Assembly: GCA_028534125.1 (NCBI GenBank)
Contig: CM052832.1
Coordinates: 19,222,001-19,286,000 of the forward strand
Reading direction: 5' to 3'
DNA from: Lama glama
Lineage: Eukaryota
DNA: 64,000 nucleotides
How positions within the stretch are numbered: position 1 is the stretch's first letter; every line of letters starts with the position of its first letter. Below are positions 24,539 to 36,971 of this stretch, one piece after another. The notes under the pieces are model-generated. The model made no database searches. It saw nothing but the letters and a program-made list of their open reading frames with translations, and had not been told where the DNA came from. A program made the position numbers and the translations under genes.

Positions 24539-25342
24539 GAGTGGGATGGAAAGAGAGAGAGAGAGAGAAAGCATATGGAAATGAAAAACTACTATTCATA
24601 GTAAATCTATTTGCCAGTTATTTCAGCTATTCTGTTGTTTTTCAGATAACTGAAATTTACATAGAAAAATACTAAATTAAGAATAATTATTTTAAAAGAA
24701 GTCTTTCTAAAGTGAATCATACATTTCTCTTACTTACAAAATCTCTAACACTGAACCAAACACATGTCTGAAACTCAATAGAACCAAAAGTTGTTTCTTT
24801 GAAATATCAACAAAATTGATAAACTTTTAGTTAGACTGACCAAGAGAAAAAGAGAAGACTCAAATTGCTAAAATCTGGAATGAAAGGGGATATCACCACT
24901 GACCTTATAGAAATGAAAAGGATTATACTATGAACAACTATATGTCAGCAAATTAGTTAACCTAGTTGAAATGGACAAAATCCTAGAAAGACACAACTTA
25001 TAAAAACTGACTCAAGAAGAAATAAAAAATTTTAATAGGCCTATAACAAGTGAAGAGATTGAGTCAGTCATCAAAAAACTTCCCACAAACCCAGGACCAA
25101 ATGGCTTCACTGGTGAATTCTACAAAATGTTTAAAGATTTAACACCACTTTCACAAACTCTTCCAAAAAATAGAAGAGGAAGGAACACTTCCCAATTTAT
25201 TCTATGAGTCCAGTTTTACTCTGATACCAAAACTAGACAAAGATAGCACAAAAAGAAAATTGCAGACCAATATATATACCTTATGAATATAGAAGCAAAA
25301 ATATTCAACAAAATACTATAAAAAATGCATTCAACAACTTGC

Positions 25343-25843
25343 ATTTTTATTTGTGTATGTATTTTATTGAGCTATAATTGATATACATTGTGTAAATTTA
25401 AGGCATACAACATGTTGATTTTGTATATTTATATATTACAATATGATTACCACTGTAGAGTTAGCTAACAGCTCTCTCACATCACATAATTATTTCTTTT
25501 TTTGTGGTGGGAAAAATTAACATCTCGCCTCTTAGTAACTTTGAAGTTTATAATAGAATATTATTGACTATAATCAGTATGTTGTACATTAAATCTCCAG
25601 GACTTATTTATCTGCTGGCAAGTTTATACCCTTAAACAACATTTCACCTAAGAACCACCACTCTACCTTCTGTTTTTATGAGTTGGCTTTTTAAGATTCC
25701 ACATATGAGTGATACTGTACAGTATTTGTGTTTCTCTGTGTGACTTATCTCACTTAGCAAAATGCCCCCAAGGACCATCCACTTTGTCTCGAATAGCAGG
25801 ATTTCCTTCTTTATCATGGCTGAATAACATTCCATTGTGTGTA

Positions 25844-25875
<32 letters not shown>

Positions 25876-26035
25876 ACATTTTCTTTATCCATTCATCTGT
25901 TGATGGACACTTAGGTTGTCTCCATATCTTGGCTATTATGAATAATGCTGCAGTAAACATGGGAGTACAGATATCTCATTGATATCCTATTCTCATCTCC
26001 TTTGGCTATATGCCCAGGCATAGGCTTGCTGGCTC
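25343..26035 (-). mobile_element. L1MA-like 3' end nested antisense in older L1
   Basis: ttttattgagctataattga...tgatggacacttaggttgtctccatatcttggc; host L1 resumes at ~26036; contains (GT)n ~25845-25866. Confidence 0.7.
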
Positions 26036-26218
26036 CATCCATCAACATGTTGAAAGGATTAGACACCATGGCCAAGTGGGATTTATCCCAGAAAGGCAGG
26101 GTGAGTCAACACATGAAAATCAATAAATATAGTAAATCACATTAATAAAGGACAAAAGCAATGTGATCATCTTAATAGACACAGAAACAGATTTGACAAA
26201 ATTTTCATGGTAAAAACT

Positions 26219-26663
26219 TGTAGGTTGAATTGTGCCTCCCCAAAAGATATGTTCAAGCCCTAACCCCTAGTACCTGTGAATGTGACCTTATTTGGAAATA
26301 GAGTTGTTACAGATGGAATTAGTTAAGATTAGGTCATACTGGGGTAGGGTAGACCCTTAATCCGATATGACTGTGTCCTTTTAAGAAGAGAAGAGACACA
26401 GAGACAGACACATGGGGAGAACACCATGTGATAATGGAGACAGAGATGGAGTGATATATGTACAAGCCACAGAACACGAACGGTTGCCAGCAACACCAGA
26501 AGCTAAAGGCATGGGCTCCCCAGAGCCTTCAGAGAGAGGATGGTCCTGCCAACACCTTGATTTTGGAATTCTAGGCTCTAGTACTGTGGGAGAATATATT
26601 TCTGTTGTGTGAAGCCACCTAGTTTGTGGTACTTTTTTATGGCAACATTTGGAAACTAATACA
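26219..26663 (+). mobile_element. MaLR solo LTR (MLT1C-like)
   Basis: ggttgaattgtgcctccccaaaagatatgttcaag...tgtgaatgtgaccttatttggaaatag...ggaaactaataca. Confidence 0.85.
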
Positions 26664-26982
26664 GATTTGAATAGGAATCTATCCAAAGAAGTTATACAAA
26701 TGGCCAACAAGCACATGAAAAGATGCTTAACATCATTAGCTATTAGGGAAATGTGAATCAAAATCACATTGAGATACCCACTTAACATCCACTAGGATTG
26801 CTATAATCTGAAAGACAGGCTGTCACAATTGTTGGCCAGTATGTGGGGAAAAATTGGAACACTCCTACATTGCTGGTGGGAATGTAAATGGTGCAGCCAC
26901 TGTGGAAGACAGTTTGTCATTTCCTCAAAATGCTAAACATAAAGTTACCATATGACCCAGTAATTCCACTCCTAGATATGTG

Positions 26983-26984
<2 letters not shown>

Positions 26985-27038
<54 letters not shown>

Positions 27039-27039
27039 C
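26985..27039. repeat. (TA)n microsatellite, interrupted
   Basis: Seen directly. Confidence 0.9.
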
Positions 27040-27837
27040 ACCCAAGAAAAGTGATAAACATATGTCCATATAAAATCTTGCATATGAATGCTCACAGTGG
27101 CATTATTCATACGGCCAAAAAGTAGGTACATCCAAATGTTATCAATTGATGAGTGGATAAATAAAATGAGATATATTTATACAATGGAATATTATTTGGC
27201 AATTAAAAGGAAGGCAGTATTGATATATGCTACAACTTGGATGAACTTTGAAAACATTATGCTAAGAGAATGAAGCCAGACACAAAATGCCTCCTGTGTA
27301 TTCCATTTATATCAAAAGTCCAAAAGAGTCAAACCCATAGAGACAGAAAGGAGATCAGTGGTTTTCAGGAGCTGTGGACCATGGGGGCTGGGTGCTCATG
27401 GGGATGGAGTTTCTTTCTGTGAAAATGTTCTGAAGCTGGATGGTGGTGATGGTGGCACAACTTCGTGAGTATACAAAAGGCCACTGAATTGTACATGTTA
27501 GAAGGGTGAATTTAATAAATTATATCATAAAAAAAGGTAAAAATAAAATTGTGTGTGAAAGTTCTCATTCGGTTTCTGGTTGTTTCTGTTGGTCCACACG
27601 TACACATTGCTCCTTTTGTCTGAAGATCTGTCATCGCTGAGCTCTGGGGCCAAAGAGCCTTTATTTGGGAGTAGGAACAGATTTGTTCCTTGGTCCACAG
27701 AATACGCCCCTCTGTCCTTGCCAAGTCACAGAGCTGTGACAGTCTGTCTTCGAGCTCCACAGGTCAGCTGACGGGAGTGGACGCATCATGTTAGTCACTA
27801 TCTGACCGTGTGGCTGTCCTCTCTGTCTCCTCTGCAG

Positions 27838-27980
27838 CACCGTGGTCGTGTTTTATGTGCAGAGTGGGCCACCTTTCAAGGTCCTCAAAGCTGCCGAAGT
27901 GACCCGAAATCTGCACAGGCGGCTCTCAAAGGAAAAGGCTGATTTTTTGCTTTTCAAAGTCTTGAGGATTGACACAGTTG
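27838..27980 (+). CDS. KIAA0319: KIAA0319 exon 17 equivalent
   Basis: ctgcag|C ACC...GTTG|gtatgt; TVVVFYVQSGPPFKVLKAAEVTRNLHRRLSKEKADFLLFKVLRIDTV; 143 bp. Confidence 0.96.
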
Positions 27981-29153
27981 GTATGTCCCCTCCAGAAGTA
28001 TTCTTTTTAAACTTTAATTTTAATTTTTTATAGTTCAAGTAATGTAAATATCTGATTATGTTTGGAACTGGATACCACTGAGCTGGACATCCTAGCCAAT
28101 TGAATGCAACAAGAGCCTTATAGAAACATTAAGTAACTGCCCAGGTTACAGTGAAAGATTTCTCGGAGGAGGTGAAATATGGTTTGGTTCCAATGTGGCA
28201 GGACAGTGGCCAGGACTCATGGTTGTTTTTTGTTTTTGCATTTTAATTTAAGTGGGAATAAATTTCAATATTTAATTATTTTTCTAATTTCTCCATGTCA
28301 GCCCCTACAAGAACATTCTAAAAGAATCAGATTTGCTAGTTTTACTGGCACAGAAAGAGGACATGGGGACATCTTCCCTTTAGCAGCCAGAGATTTGTTT
28401 TGCATCTATTTCTCCAGTCAGTTTCCTGCAACACATGTTTGCCAACTACGCTTTATCTTTGAGGGAAATCGGATAGAAACAACAGTCATGGTCAGTTTTT
28501 AAAACTATAGTCTCACATGCTGGTCATTGTCAGAAATATCATATTTAAATGGTCAGAACACTGTTAAAGACAAGTAAGTGTTGGCTGGAAAAGCCAGGTT
28601 TATATAATTTATTGGCCTGGGACATCATGCCTTAGGCTGTGATGATGGTGTTATGTAGACTGTTGAAATTTAAGAGCGCATGCAAGTGCCTTCCAGCTGC
28701 ACCTCTTAGCCCCTTGCTTGTCACCTCTTCCTGGCACCAAACATATGTGGATGGAAATGTAGTCTTTATCCCAGGTCTCTGTCCCTACCTTATGAGGAAC
28801 ATGAATCCCTTACATTAAAGTGGTCGTTTCAGTAGACTCCGAGGACTGTGAGAGTTACCAGGGACATGATAATATTTGGGTAGTAAAATTTAATTTCTTT
28901 CAGATCATCTGTCCACAATTGACTTTCTTTGTAACATGGAATAAACTAATTTTTTAATAATTCATTTTTTTCTAGCTTTAAAAGTAATATTTATTTATTG
29001 TAGGAAATTTGGAATATCCAGAAAGATGAAACATTTTAAATAATCCTCTTGATTCTAGAATCTAGATTTCCCACCCCCTAAAGAGAACTTTTTAAATATT
29101 TTGATTTTTTCCTTCTTCCCCCGTTTCTAGGAACATTTAATACAATCAGGATA

Positions 29154-29156
<3 letters not shown>

Positions 29157-29184
<28 letters not shown>
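29157..29184. repeat. (TG)14 microsatellite
   Basis: Seen directly. Confidence 0.9.
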
Positions 29185-29187
<3 letters not shown>

Positions 29188-29418
29188 CTTTTTAACTTAA
29201 AATCATATTATGGTCATTTTCCCAAATCTTTTAAAATTTATCCCTCAATAAGCTATTCACGGCCACGTAGTGGTACATCCTGGATGTGTTCCGCAATTTA
29301 TGCAACTGACCCTCTACTCACAGACATTCAAATTGATTTAAATAACGCTACAGTGTAGATAAATCTTAGTGCATAGCCACAATCATTTTCATTGGATAAA
29401 TTTTTAGAATTTATCTTT

Positions 29419-29510
29419 CTTTTTTTATTTATTTAATTTTTTATTGAAGCATTGTTGATTTACAATGTTGTGTTAGTTTCTGGTGATTCAGTTATACATT
29501 TATATATTAA
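29419..29510 (-). mobile_element. Very short lineage L1 3' stub with TSD
   Basis: ttttattgaagcattgttgatttacaatgttgtgttagtttctgg; AATTTATCTTT at 29408-29418 and 29511-29521. Confidence 0.75.
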
Positions 29511-29734
29511 AATTTATCTTTTTTAAGCCAGAGGGTGCTACGTTTCTAGGGCTTTTGTTACACGGCACAGGTATTGGCTTATTCCTGCCATTTGCTTCCC
29601 GATGAGATTGTTAACAGAGACTCTTGATTCAACCAGATGCCCTATTCAGGGCTCATGCTATGAAGGGACACGGGTTGAAGCTAGGGACCCACCTTTTCTC
29701 TGTGGTGACCTCTGCCCCTCTTGCCTCTTTGCAG

Positions 29735-29857
29735 GGTGCCTTTTGAAGTGTTCCGGGCATGGTCACTGTGACCCCATCACAAAGCGTTGCATTTGCTCTC
29801 AGTTGTGGATGGAGAACCTCATCCAGCGTTACATCCGAGATGGGGAGAGCAACTGCG
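29735..29857 (+). CDS. KIAA0319: KIAA0319 exon 18 equivalent, six-Cys EGF-like segment
   Basis: ttgcag|GG TGC...TGCG|gtgagt; CLLKCSGHGHCDPITKRCICSQLWMENLIQRYIRDGESNC; 123 bp. Confidence 0.96.
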
Positions 29858-31105
29858 GTGAGTCCTGGCGTGGGGTGGCCTTGGGCAGGAGCCTTAAGAC
29901 ATCTCTTTCTGAAATGTCAGAAAGATCTGCCGAGCTATGCAGAAATCCAAAACTTTTCTCACCCAAAGGCAAGTGAACCAGCTCACGTGGTGCAGGGTTA
30001 AGATCCTCCCAGAGTTCACCTTGGGGGTGTGGTTAAGGCTCTTCCGTGAGACTTCCTGATGAGGAAGCTCACTTTGGCGGAGCAGCTTTGCTCACCATCG
30101 CTGGCATTTGCTGAGAAGGTTGCTCTGGGTTACATGGTCCCCCTTTCCGGATGGCTCCTGCCTTGGTGGAGCTGAGTGTGACTTTCTGGGGAAGTGGCCC
30201 CTGGTGAGGACCTGCCGGAATCAGGTTGCAAGAGAACTGGCCCACTCTTGCAGGCTGTCTGCCCAAGCAGGTGCCAAAATTTGGAGCTGTTGCCTCAGCC
30301 GGCCAAGCTGGCGCCCTTGGGTCTCTTCTGAGGAGGAAACTGTATTTTAATGCCAGTCTTTTTCTAAGAGTAATTTTGTTGTCTTGGGCCTCCAGATGGA
30401 CATAATTGGCAAAAAAATTTGGAAGAGTTGACTGCCAAATTATGTTCCTACTCTCTACTGCATAAAAAAATTTGAAAATAGCCAGCCCTCAGATCATCAT
30501 TTTAAGGAGTATGTGTGACATTTAGTAGAGTTAAGCCTTGTGTCTTTGCTGCCTTGTTTTTGTTTTGTTTCTGAGTTGCTGTTGCAAAGCTTATTACACT
30601 GGAATTCTGCAGGGATGTGGAAGGAATGAAGATCAGGTCGTTTCTGAGTGGCTGCCTGGCTCTGTGAAGTATCTTCCTGTCATAAATGCCATACAATTAC
30701 TTCATTTGCTTTGTTCAGACCAGGCCAGAACTATTTTCCAGGTTCTGTGATTCTGGAATGAATATTTTGATGGGCCTTACATGGCTGTTTAAGAGGCCTC
30801 CCTTCTTAATTGATGAATCTTTTAGTTTTTTTTCAGATTATTCTTTCTGTTCTCACATCAGCGTGAAGTACGTGTTCCATGAGGCCCCTGAACCAGCTGG
30901 GTGGAAAGTAGGCTGGTTTTAAGTCCTTGTGGGTTTATTTGTACTTCACCTTGCTTAGGCTCTGAGACCAGCCTGGCGAGGTGGTGGCAACACCACAGAT
31001 GGCCTTTGCTTGGAAGGACTCAGAAATACTCACTGTGAGTCACTGAAATAAAGCTGTTTTGCAAGCGGTATGTAACCCGTCTGCTCCTGTTTCCTTGCGT
31101 TTCAG

Positions 31106-31196
31106 AGTGGAGCGTGTTCTATGTGACGATCCTGGCGCTCACTCTCGTGGTGCTAACAGGGGGTTTAACCTGGCTTTGCGTCCGCTGCTGCAGGAG
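31106..31196 (+). CDS. KIAA0319: KIAA0319 exon 19 equivalent, transmembrane helix
   Basis: tttcag|AG TGG...GGAG|gtacct; (E)WSVFYVTILALTLVVLTGGLTWLCVRCCR; 91 bp. Confidence 0.94.
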
Positions 31197-32169
31197 GTAC
31201 CTGGCATGCTTATTTATTTGTTTGCAATAAAGATGCAGCATTAAATATGATATGACCATTTTAGCGGCTTTTGCTCAGGGTTGTTCACCTGCCAGACTGT
31301 TTGACACTCCTTTTTATGAAGACCAACTTGACTTTAAAAGCACTTTAAAATGCCTTCTCCCTCACAAGACATATGTGCCTGGAGAAATGGAATAACACTA
31401 GAGGCAGCTTTTTCTCCTTGCAGCTCTCATAGCTTCTAGAAGTTTCAGTGATTCTGTCTCAAATCTAACGTTCTTTTCTGTCAGTCTCACATACGGTCAC
31501 TAGCACACCACCTAAGGGGCCTGACTAACCTGCCTTCCGTAGACAAAGGAGTTCTAGAAGTATACTGATACAAATGGTAGGTTTGCATATTTTACTTATG
31601 TGCAGCAACAATCTAATCTCCCCGAATTCTAGTTTATAAACGCAAAACTTTAAGTGAAGTGATACCATCACCAAAGAGAAGTTTTGCTTTAAGTTTTTCC
31701 TTTGTTTTCCTCCCTGCCCCTGCCCCGCCCCCCGCCATGGAGCTGACCTCTGAGAAACTCCAGAGCTGCCTAATTGTCTGAACCTTCCAGAACCCCATGC
31801 CTGACCCTCTGTGAGGAGATTTGTAGGGACAGTGATTCTGCAAGCCTTCAGAAGACAGCATTGGGCCCACTTTCATATGTGAAACTCTGTGAATGCTCTC
31901 CAAAGAAGACATGATTAAAAAAAATAGTAGTATACCATAATAATAGTTATTTTTCAGAGACCACTCATAAAGGATTTTAGGTTTTTTTGTGGTTACTTTT
32001 ACAAAGGTAGGCCTGGGGAAAGAGAGTCCCGGCACAGGCACTTAGAGGCCCACCTTCCATTAAGATTTCCCAGAAGCATCTGGGATGACAGCCACCCTGC
32101 TGTGCTTGGCTTCAGAAGTTCTGCAGCTTTGGGACACATGTATCAGGTTGATAACGGGAGGGGGAGTTA

Positions 32170-32400
32170 CTGGCTGTGAACACCTGTTAAGTATTTGCCA
32201 TTGTGATGAATGGCTTGAAGTGCTTTCCATGTATTGTTGTGTTTGTTGTGTTTAGTCCTCCTAGCAACCATATGGGAAAGGGACTATTCTTACTCCCATT
32301 TTACAGCTGGGAACATGGAGTCACCAAGGTCACAAAAAAATGACCTCCAAGTCATCCAGCTAGTAAACCCAAGGTTAGACGCCCCTGCTCTTAATCACCA
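32170..32400 (-). mobile_element. MIR SINE
   Basis: tagcaaccatatggga...actcccattttacagctgggaa...gtcatccagctagtaa; approximate. Confidence 0.55.
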
Positions 32401-33018
32401 AGCTATCAGAAAAATGCCTTTGTTTGTTCTCCACACATCTTACCATAGTTCTGATGTGTATTTTTCAAATGATCCTCTGACGCCTAGGATGAGGTTCATA
32501 GGATTGTGTTGTGAAAAGATGAAAGCCTGGGTTGTTGCTAATTCATCTGGGGAATTTATTATAATCTCTGTTGGTTTTCTTTCTGATGGCTAGTTATGTT
32601 ATCTCTTCATTACTGCATCTCTGGACGTCCCAGGGTAGGATAAGTTCAGGGGAAAACTTGCTTATCCAGGTTTTTCTCAGGAAGGAATTACTCGTGGAGA
32701 AGAGCTTGCAGGGCCAACACACAGGAATTGAGAGTTGCTGGAGAGGCTTCTGGCACCTCGCCTGGGGCTTAGCGGAAGGCCTGCAGTTAGGTGGGTGATG
32801 ACAGTGTGGCCGTTCTCACTCTGACGTGTGATGCGTGATGTATCTTGGACACAGTGAACTCAGACCTGGCTGTGCACACTTACTGTGAATAAAAGAAGAG
32901 AACGTAATAACATCCTGAAGGCAAAACATTTCCTGTAGTGTCCTCCCTGAGTTTTAAACCTTGGATCCCAGTTACCTTTCTGAGAATCTGAGTGGATTTT
33001 TTTCTTTGTTCTTTTCAG

Positions 33019-33110
33019 ACGAAAAAGGACTAAAATAAGGAAAAAAACAAAGTACACCATCCTGGATAACATGGATGATCAGGAAAGAATGGAGCTGAGG
33101 CCCAAATATG
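33019..33110 (+). CDS. KIAA0319: KIAA0319 exon 20 equivalent, cytoplasmic tail with YTIL motif
   Basis: tttcag|A CGA...TATG|gtaagg; RKRTKIRKKTKYTILDNMDDQERMELRPKY; 92 bp. Confidence 0.96.
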
Positions 33111-33826
33111 GTAAGGCAGCCTCCAGGATGGTTTCCTGGTGCCTTTACAGGAAGTGATCCAGGTGACTGAGAGTCACCTTGAGAGATGGGAGAACAGCGA
33201 GCTGGAGGCGGTGCTTTAACTGGGAAAGAAGAGTGGGGCTGGGATTCCGTGAAGCAAATCAACTTACGTTAGTGCCGGGGATATGCTAACTAGGAGGCGA
33301 TAGCGGTGTTACGCATTTAATGAAATTTTGGCAAAGGGCTTTGAGGCGTGAATGAGTGGAGGGTTAGGAAATACATCTTACCGGTCGGACACGTACCAAA
33401 TGACCCCAGAAATCAGACTGCTTTTCAAACAGGTGTCCCCAGTGCCTGGCTTTTCTCTCCCCGTGGTTGGTGGATGTGGGCCTGGGAAACTGTGTCACCC
33501 AGCTCACCGCTGAACGCTGTTCCCTTTAGGTCTGCCGCACACAAAATGCTGCAAACTAACATTTGGACTTCAAAGATTTTCCAGCAGCTGCGTTAGCTAA
33601 TTCGCCACATACAGAAATGGACACAAAAACTTTCATAGCAAATTGACTTGCTTCACCATGTGAATGGACCCCTATGCTTAGAACTCCCCCTCACCCGGTT
33701 ACCTTTCTGAATTCTCACTTATTAACTCTGGGAGACTCTCTGAACCCTCTCTCGCCCTCTGAGGCTGCTTAGCACTGATCCTCTGGATTTGTCATAGTTC
33801 TAGATTTATGACTAAACTCTTACAGA

Positions 33827-34003
33827 GGGGGGAAGGCATAGCTCAGCAGTAGAGGGTGTGCTATACATGTGCAAGGTCCTGGGTGCAATCCCCAGTGCCT
33901 GCATTAAAATAGATAGACAGACAGACAGACAGACAGACCGACTGACCTAATTACCTCCTCCCACCCCCACCCCAAAAAAACCCGAAAAACAAAGCTGGAA
34001 TAA
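33827..34003 (+). mobile_element. tRNA-Ala-like camelid SINE (vic-1-like) with internal (GACA)n
   Basis: ggggggaaggcatagctcagcagtagag...aaggtcctgggtgcaatccccagtgcct...cctaattacctcc + A-rich tail. Confidence 0.8.
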
Positions 34004-35424
34004 ACTAATTCTTATGGAGGACTGTAATCACTTTCAGAGCTGTGAGATGCGAAACACTGTCCATAGTCAATGTTGAGCGTCCCCCCTCTGCACAGACCCG
34101 GGTGAGGCCCTAGGGACAGGGGAAGAATGAAGCACAGGACCTGCCTTTACAGTCGCCCAGAGCCCAGGGGAGGATACTTAAACCGGAGTTTGGGGTCCTA
34201 CAGAAGCAGGGATGATGCCCTGTAGGAACCCAGGGGCCAGAGTGACTGGCTGTGTGTGGAGAGTGTAGTCCGGGGCTTGGCAGGGAAAGCTTCTCAGGAG
34301 ATACGCCTAACAGCGTACATTTACTGAGTGCTCGGCGCCTGTAGTTAAGAGCAGAGGTATTAAAAAGCAACTTCATACCTAAGAGCTCAAAGTGCTTTTC
34401 ATTGCATTATCTCACCCACCTGCCTCCTAAAATATATGTGCCCTTCTGACAGTACTGTTCCCACTCACTGGACCCCCGTGCTCCCCATTACCAGGCTCTA
34501 AACCCCAGACACTGGTGCTTGGTCGGGGTGCCTTGTCCCCACTTCCACCACCCATCCTGCCTAGTCTCTTGCCCTCTTTCCTCATTGTTCTCACGAGCAC
34601 TGCCCTAGCTCAGATCCTTACAGTCTCACCTCTGGACCAACAGTAACATTCAGAGTAATAGTTAACAGATGTTTAATATCTACTAGGTACGTGTACTCTA
34701 CCCGTGTAATTCCCATCCTACCAGCAGCTCTATGAGAGATGTACAGCATCATCCCCATTTTAAAGAAGGGGAAACTGAGTCACACAAAAGGTTAGTGACA
34801 GAGCTGCTGGGTGCCAAAGGCGATGGGACAGGCCATCTGCCCCCGAGCCTGGGCTCCATCCACACTGTCCCACTCCAGGTGTGCAGCCGGCTCCCCAGTC
34901 GCCTCTCTCTCTCTCTTCCTTCTGCCCTATACACTGAACTTAGTTTATCTTGAAACAGCATTTTAATTGTGTCCCTCCTTTGCTGATAGGATAAAATGCG
35001 AACTTCTTGGCTCACCTTGGATTCATGTGCTTTTCTGTGAAGTCCCAGCCCCTCTCTCCAGCCTTTCCTTTATTATTTCCTCCATGAATCATTTGCTCCA
35101 GGCTGTTTTTGGATACCTCTGATACCTCATGCCCCTCTTCTCCTCCGTCCAAATCCCTCACTCTTCAAATCCTATCCTATGTGAAACATCATGGAAGCTT
35201 ATAAATGTGTCCTTATCTCTTCTTGATCCATGTAAACTTTGTTTTTAAAAATCTCTTGCCTGTCATGAACCATCTCCTTGTGAGTCTTTGTCTTACATTC
35301 TTAGCTAGACACTATAAATTCTTTGAGAGCAGGGATTATATTTTATATATGCCCCTTCTCTTATTTTAACCCTCAGCAATCAATTATTCTACTGAAAATG
35401 TTCAGTTGGCCCAAATGATAAAAT

Positions 35425-35660
35425 CATAACAGTTTTCATTTATTGAGTGCTAAATGCTGGACAAGAGCTTTGCGTGTATGAGTTCCCTTAATCCTCACCA
35501 TAAACCTGTAGAGTAGATGCGTTGTTATCTCCTAATTTAATAGATGAGGGGACTGAAAGCCCAGAGAATTTAGGTACCTCCACCGGGGTCACACAGCTGG
35601 TAGGTGACAAAGCTTGGGCTCAAGCTTAGGAGTGATTCCACAGCCCCTGTTAATGCTCTT
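35425..35660 (-). mobile_element. MIR SINE
   Basis: catttattgagtgc...aatcctcacca...atagatgaggggactga...ggtcacacagctgg. Confidence 0.65.
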
Positions 35661-35804
35661 GAGGAAACTCTAACCGCCTGCTGCTTTGGGAGTGATACCT
35701 TTGCAGGTGCAGAGCACGTGACATTGTGCATGGGACCAGAATGATGGACAGCTGGGAGGGAAAATGCCATTACCCACAAGATACATCTGTCTGCTTCTCC
35801 CTAG

Positions 35805-35983
35805 GTATTAAGCACCGAAGCACAGAACACAACTCCAGCCTGATGGTGTCCGAGTCTGAGTTTGACAGTGATCAGGACACAATCTTCAGCCGAGACAGGA
35901 TGGAGCGAGGGAATTCAAAGGTTTCCATGAATGGCTCCATCAGAAATGGAGCTTCCTTCAGCTATTGCTCAAAGGACAGATAA
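35805..35983 (+). CDS. KIAA0319: KIAA0319 last coding exon (21 equivalent) to stop
   Basis: ccctag|GT ATT...; IKHRSTEHNSSLMVSESEFDSDQDTIFSRDRMERGNSKVSMNGSIRNGASFSYCSKDR*; TAA 35981-35983. Confidence 0.96.
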
Positions 35984-36882
35984 TGGAGCGGTGGTGAAAC
36001 AGAAGGACACCCACAGGAATCCTTCAGGACAGTCAACGGGAGTTCAAAATCCAAAACTAACTCTTGTTAGAATAGCGCGTTCATGTCCCTTCACACTGGG
36101 CTGGAGGTGTGTGCGGTATTTTAAAACGCCTGTCTTCTTGGAGTTTTCGAGACACAGAACAAAACTAAAACATTGCTCTTTTCACTGAGATACTCATTAA
36201 TAGGAATAAAGGTTAGGTAAGACGCTAGGTATACACGTAAAGGAGTTCTGTGTTTTTGCAGCTGGTGCAGTGTTATATTCCTCTGTTAGGGTAAAAATTA
36301 ATGCCTGCTTCTATCTGCAGACCCTCAGGGAAGGGGAGTTAGATGTGGATGTAAAGAGGGCTGATTTCTCTTAGGAGCTGTGATTGCCTTTAAAGACGAC
36401 TTGCCAAGTGTGGTTTCTGTCCTAGGACCCTTTGAGTCCGAGGGCTGTGTGTATTAAGATCATTTATATGAGGTATGATTTGTCCTCTATCCAGTCTTTT
36501 CTGTACTGAAAAGACACCTGTACAGAGCCAAGCTGTCCTGTTCTCACTACTTTGCTACTGCCAACCATCTGTGCTCTCTGCAGAGAGCAGCTCTTGTAAG
36601 TTTAAGAGCTAAATAAGAATTGTATTCTGAGGACCAGAGGCAATAGAAAGGGAGATGGGATGTCATGACTTATAAGTGGAAAGTTGAAGGTAGCAGTTTA
36701 ACATATTTTACTTTTTCTTGCTTCAAGAAAAGTAGACTTCACAGAGGCCTCTCTCAGCCCCAGTTTTCATGAAACACAAGAAAACTGATTCTTAATTCTT
36801 AGACATTTATTATGTGCTACAGGCCATGCATTTGGACCTCCATCAACAGGAAAATAAGGACTTAGCAACTTTGTCATCTATA

Positions 36883-36971
36883 CAGTCGGCCCTCCGTATC
36901 CGTAGATGGGGGACCTGCAGGGATGTGGGGCCCGTGGATGCAGAGATGGGGAGGTAGGGGCAGATAGACTG
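36883..36971. mobile_element. Short MER2/Tigger-like MITE in KIAA0319 3' UTR
   Basis: TA|CAGTCGGCCCTCCGTATCCG...GACTG|TA: Tc1/mariner-type TA flanks and CAGTC/GACTG termini. Confidence 0.6.

Larger units (their letters stand above)
24770..27545 (+). mobile_element. Old L1 (ORF2 fragments plus L1MB-like 3' end) with nested elements
   Basis: aacaaaattgataaac, gaaatggacaaa.tcctagaaagacac, ccaagtgggatttatccc, tggtgcagccactgtggaagacag, A-rich end ~27540. Confidence 0.8.

Noticed and set aside
24770..25330. Possible intact L1 ORF2
   Set aside because: No long ORF; frameshifts, stops and nested insertions.
31710..31740. C-rich tract with GC box followed by gccATGg
   Set aside because: No CpG island and no supported ORF; too little for an internal promoter or G-quadruplex claim.
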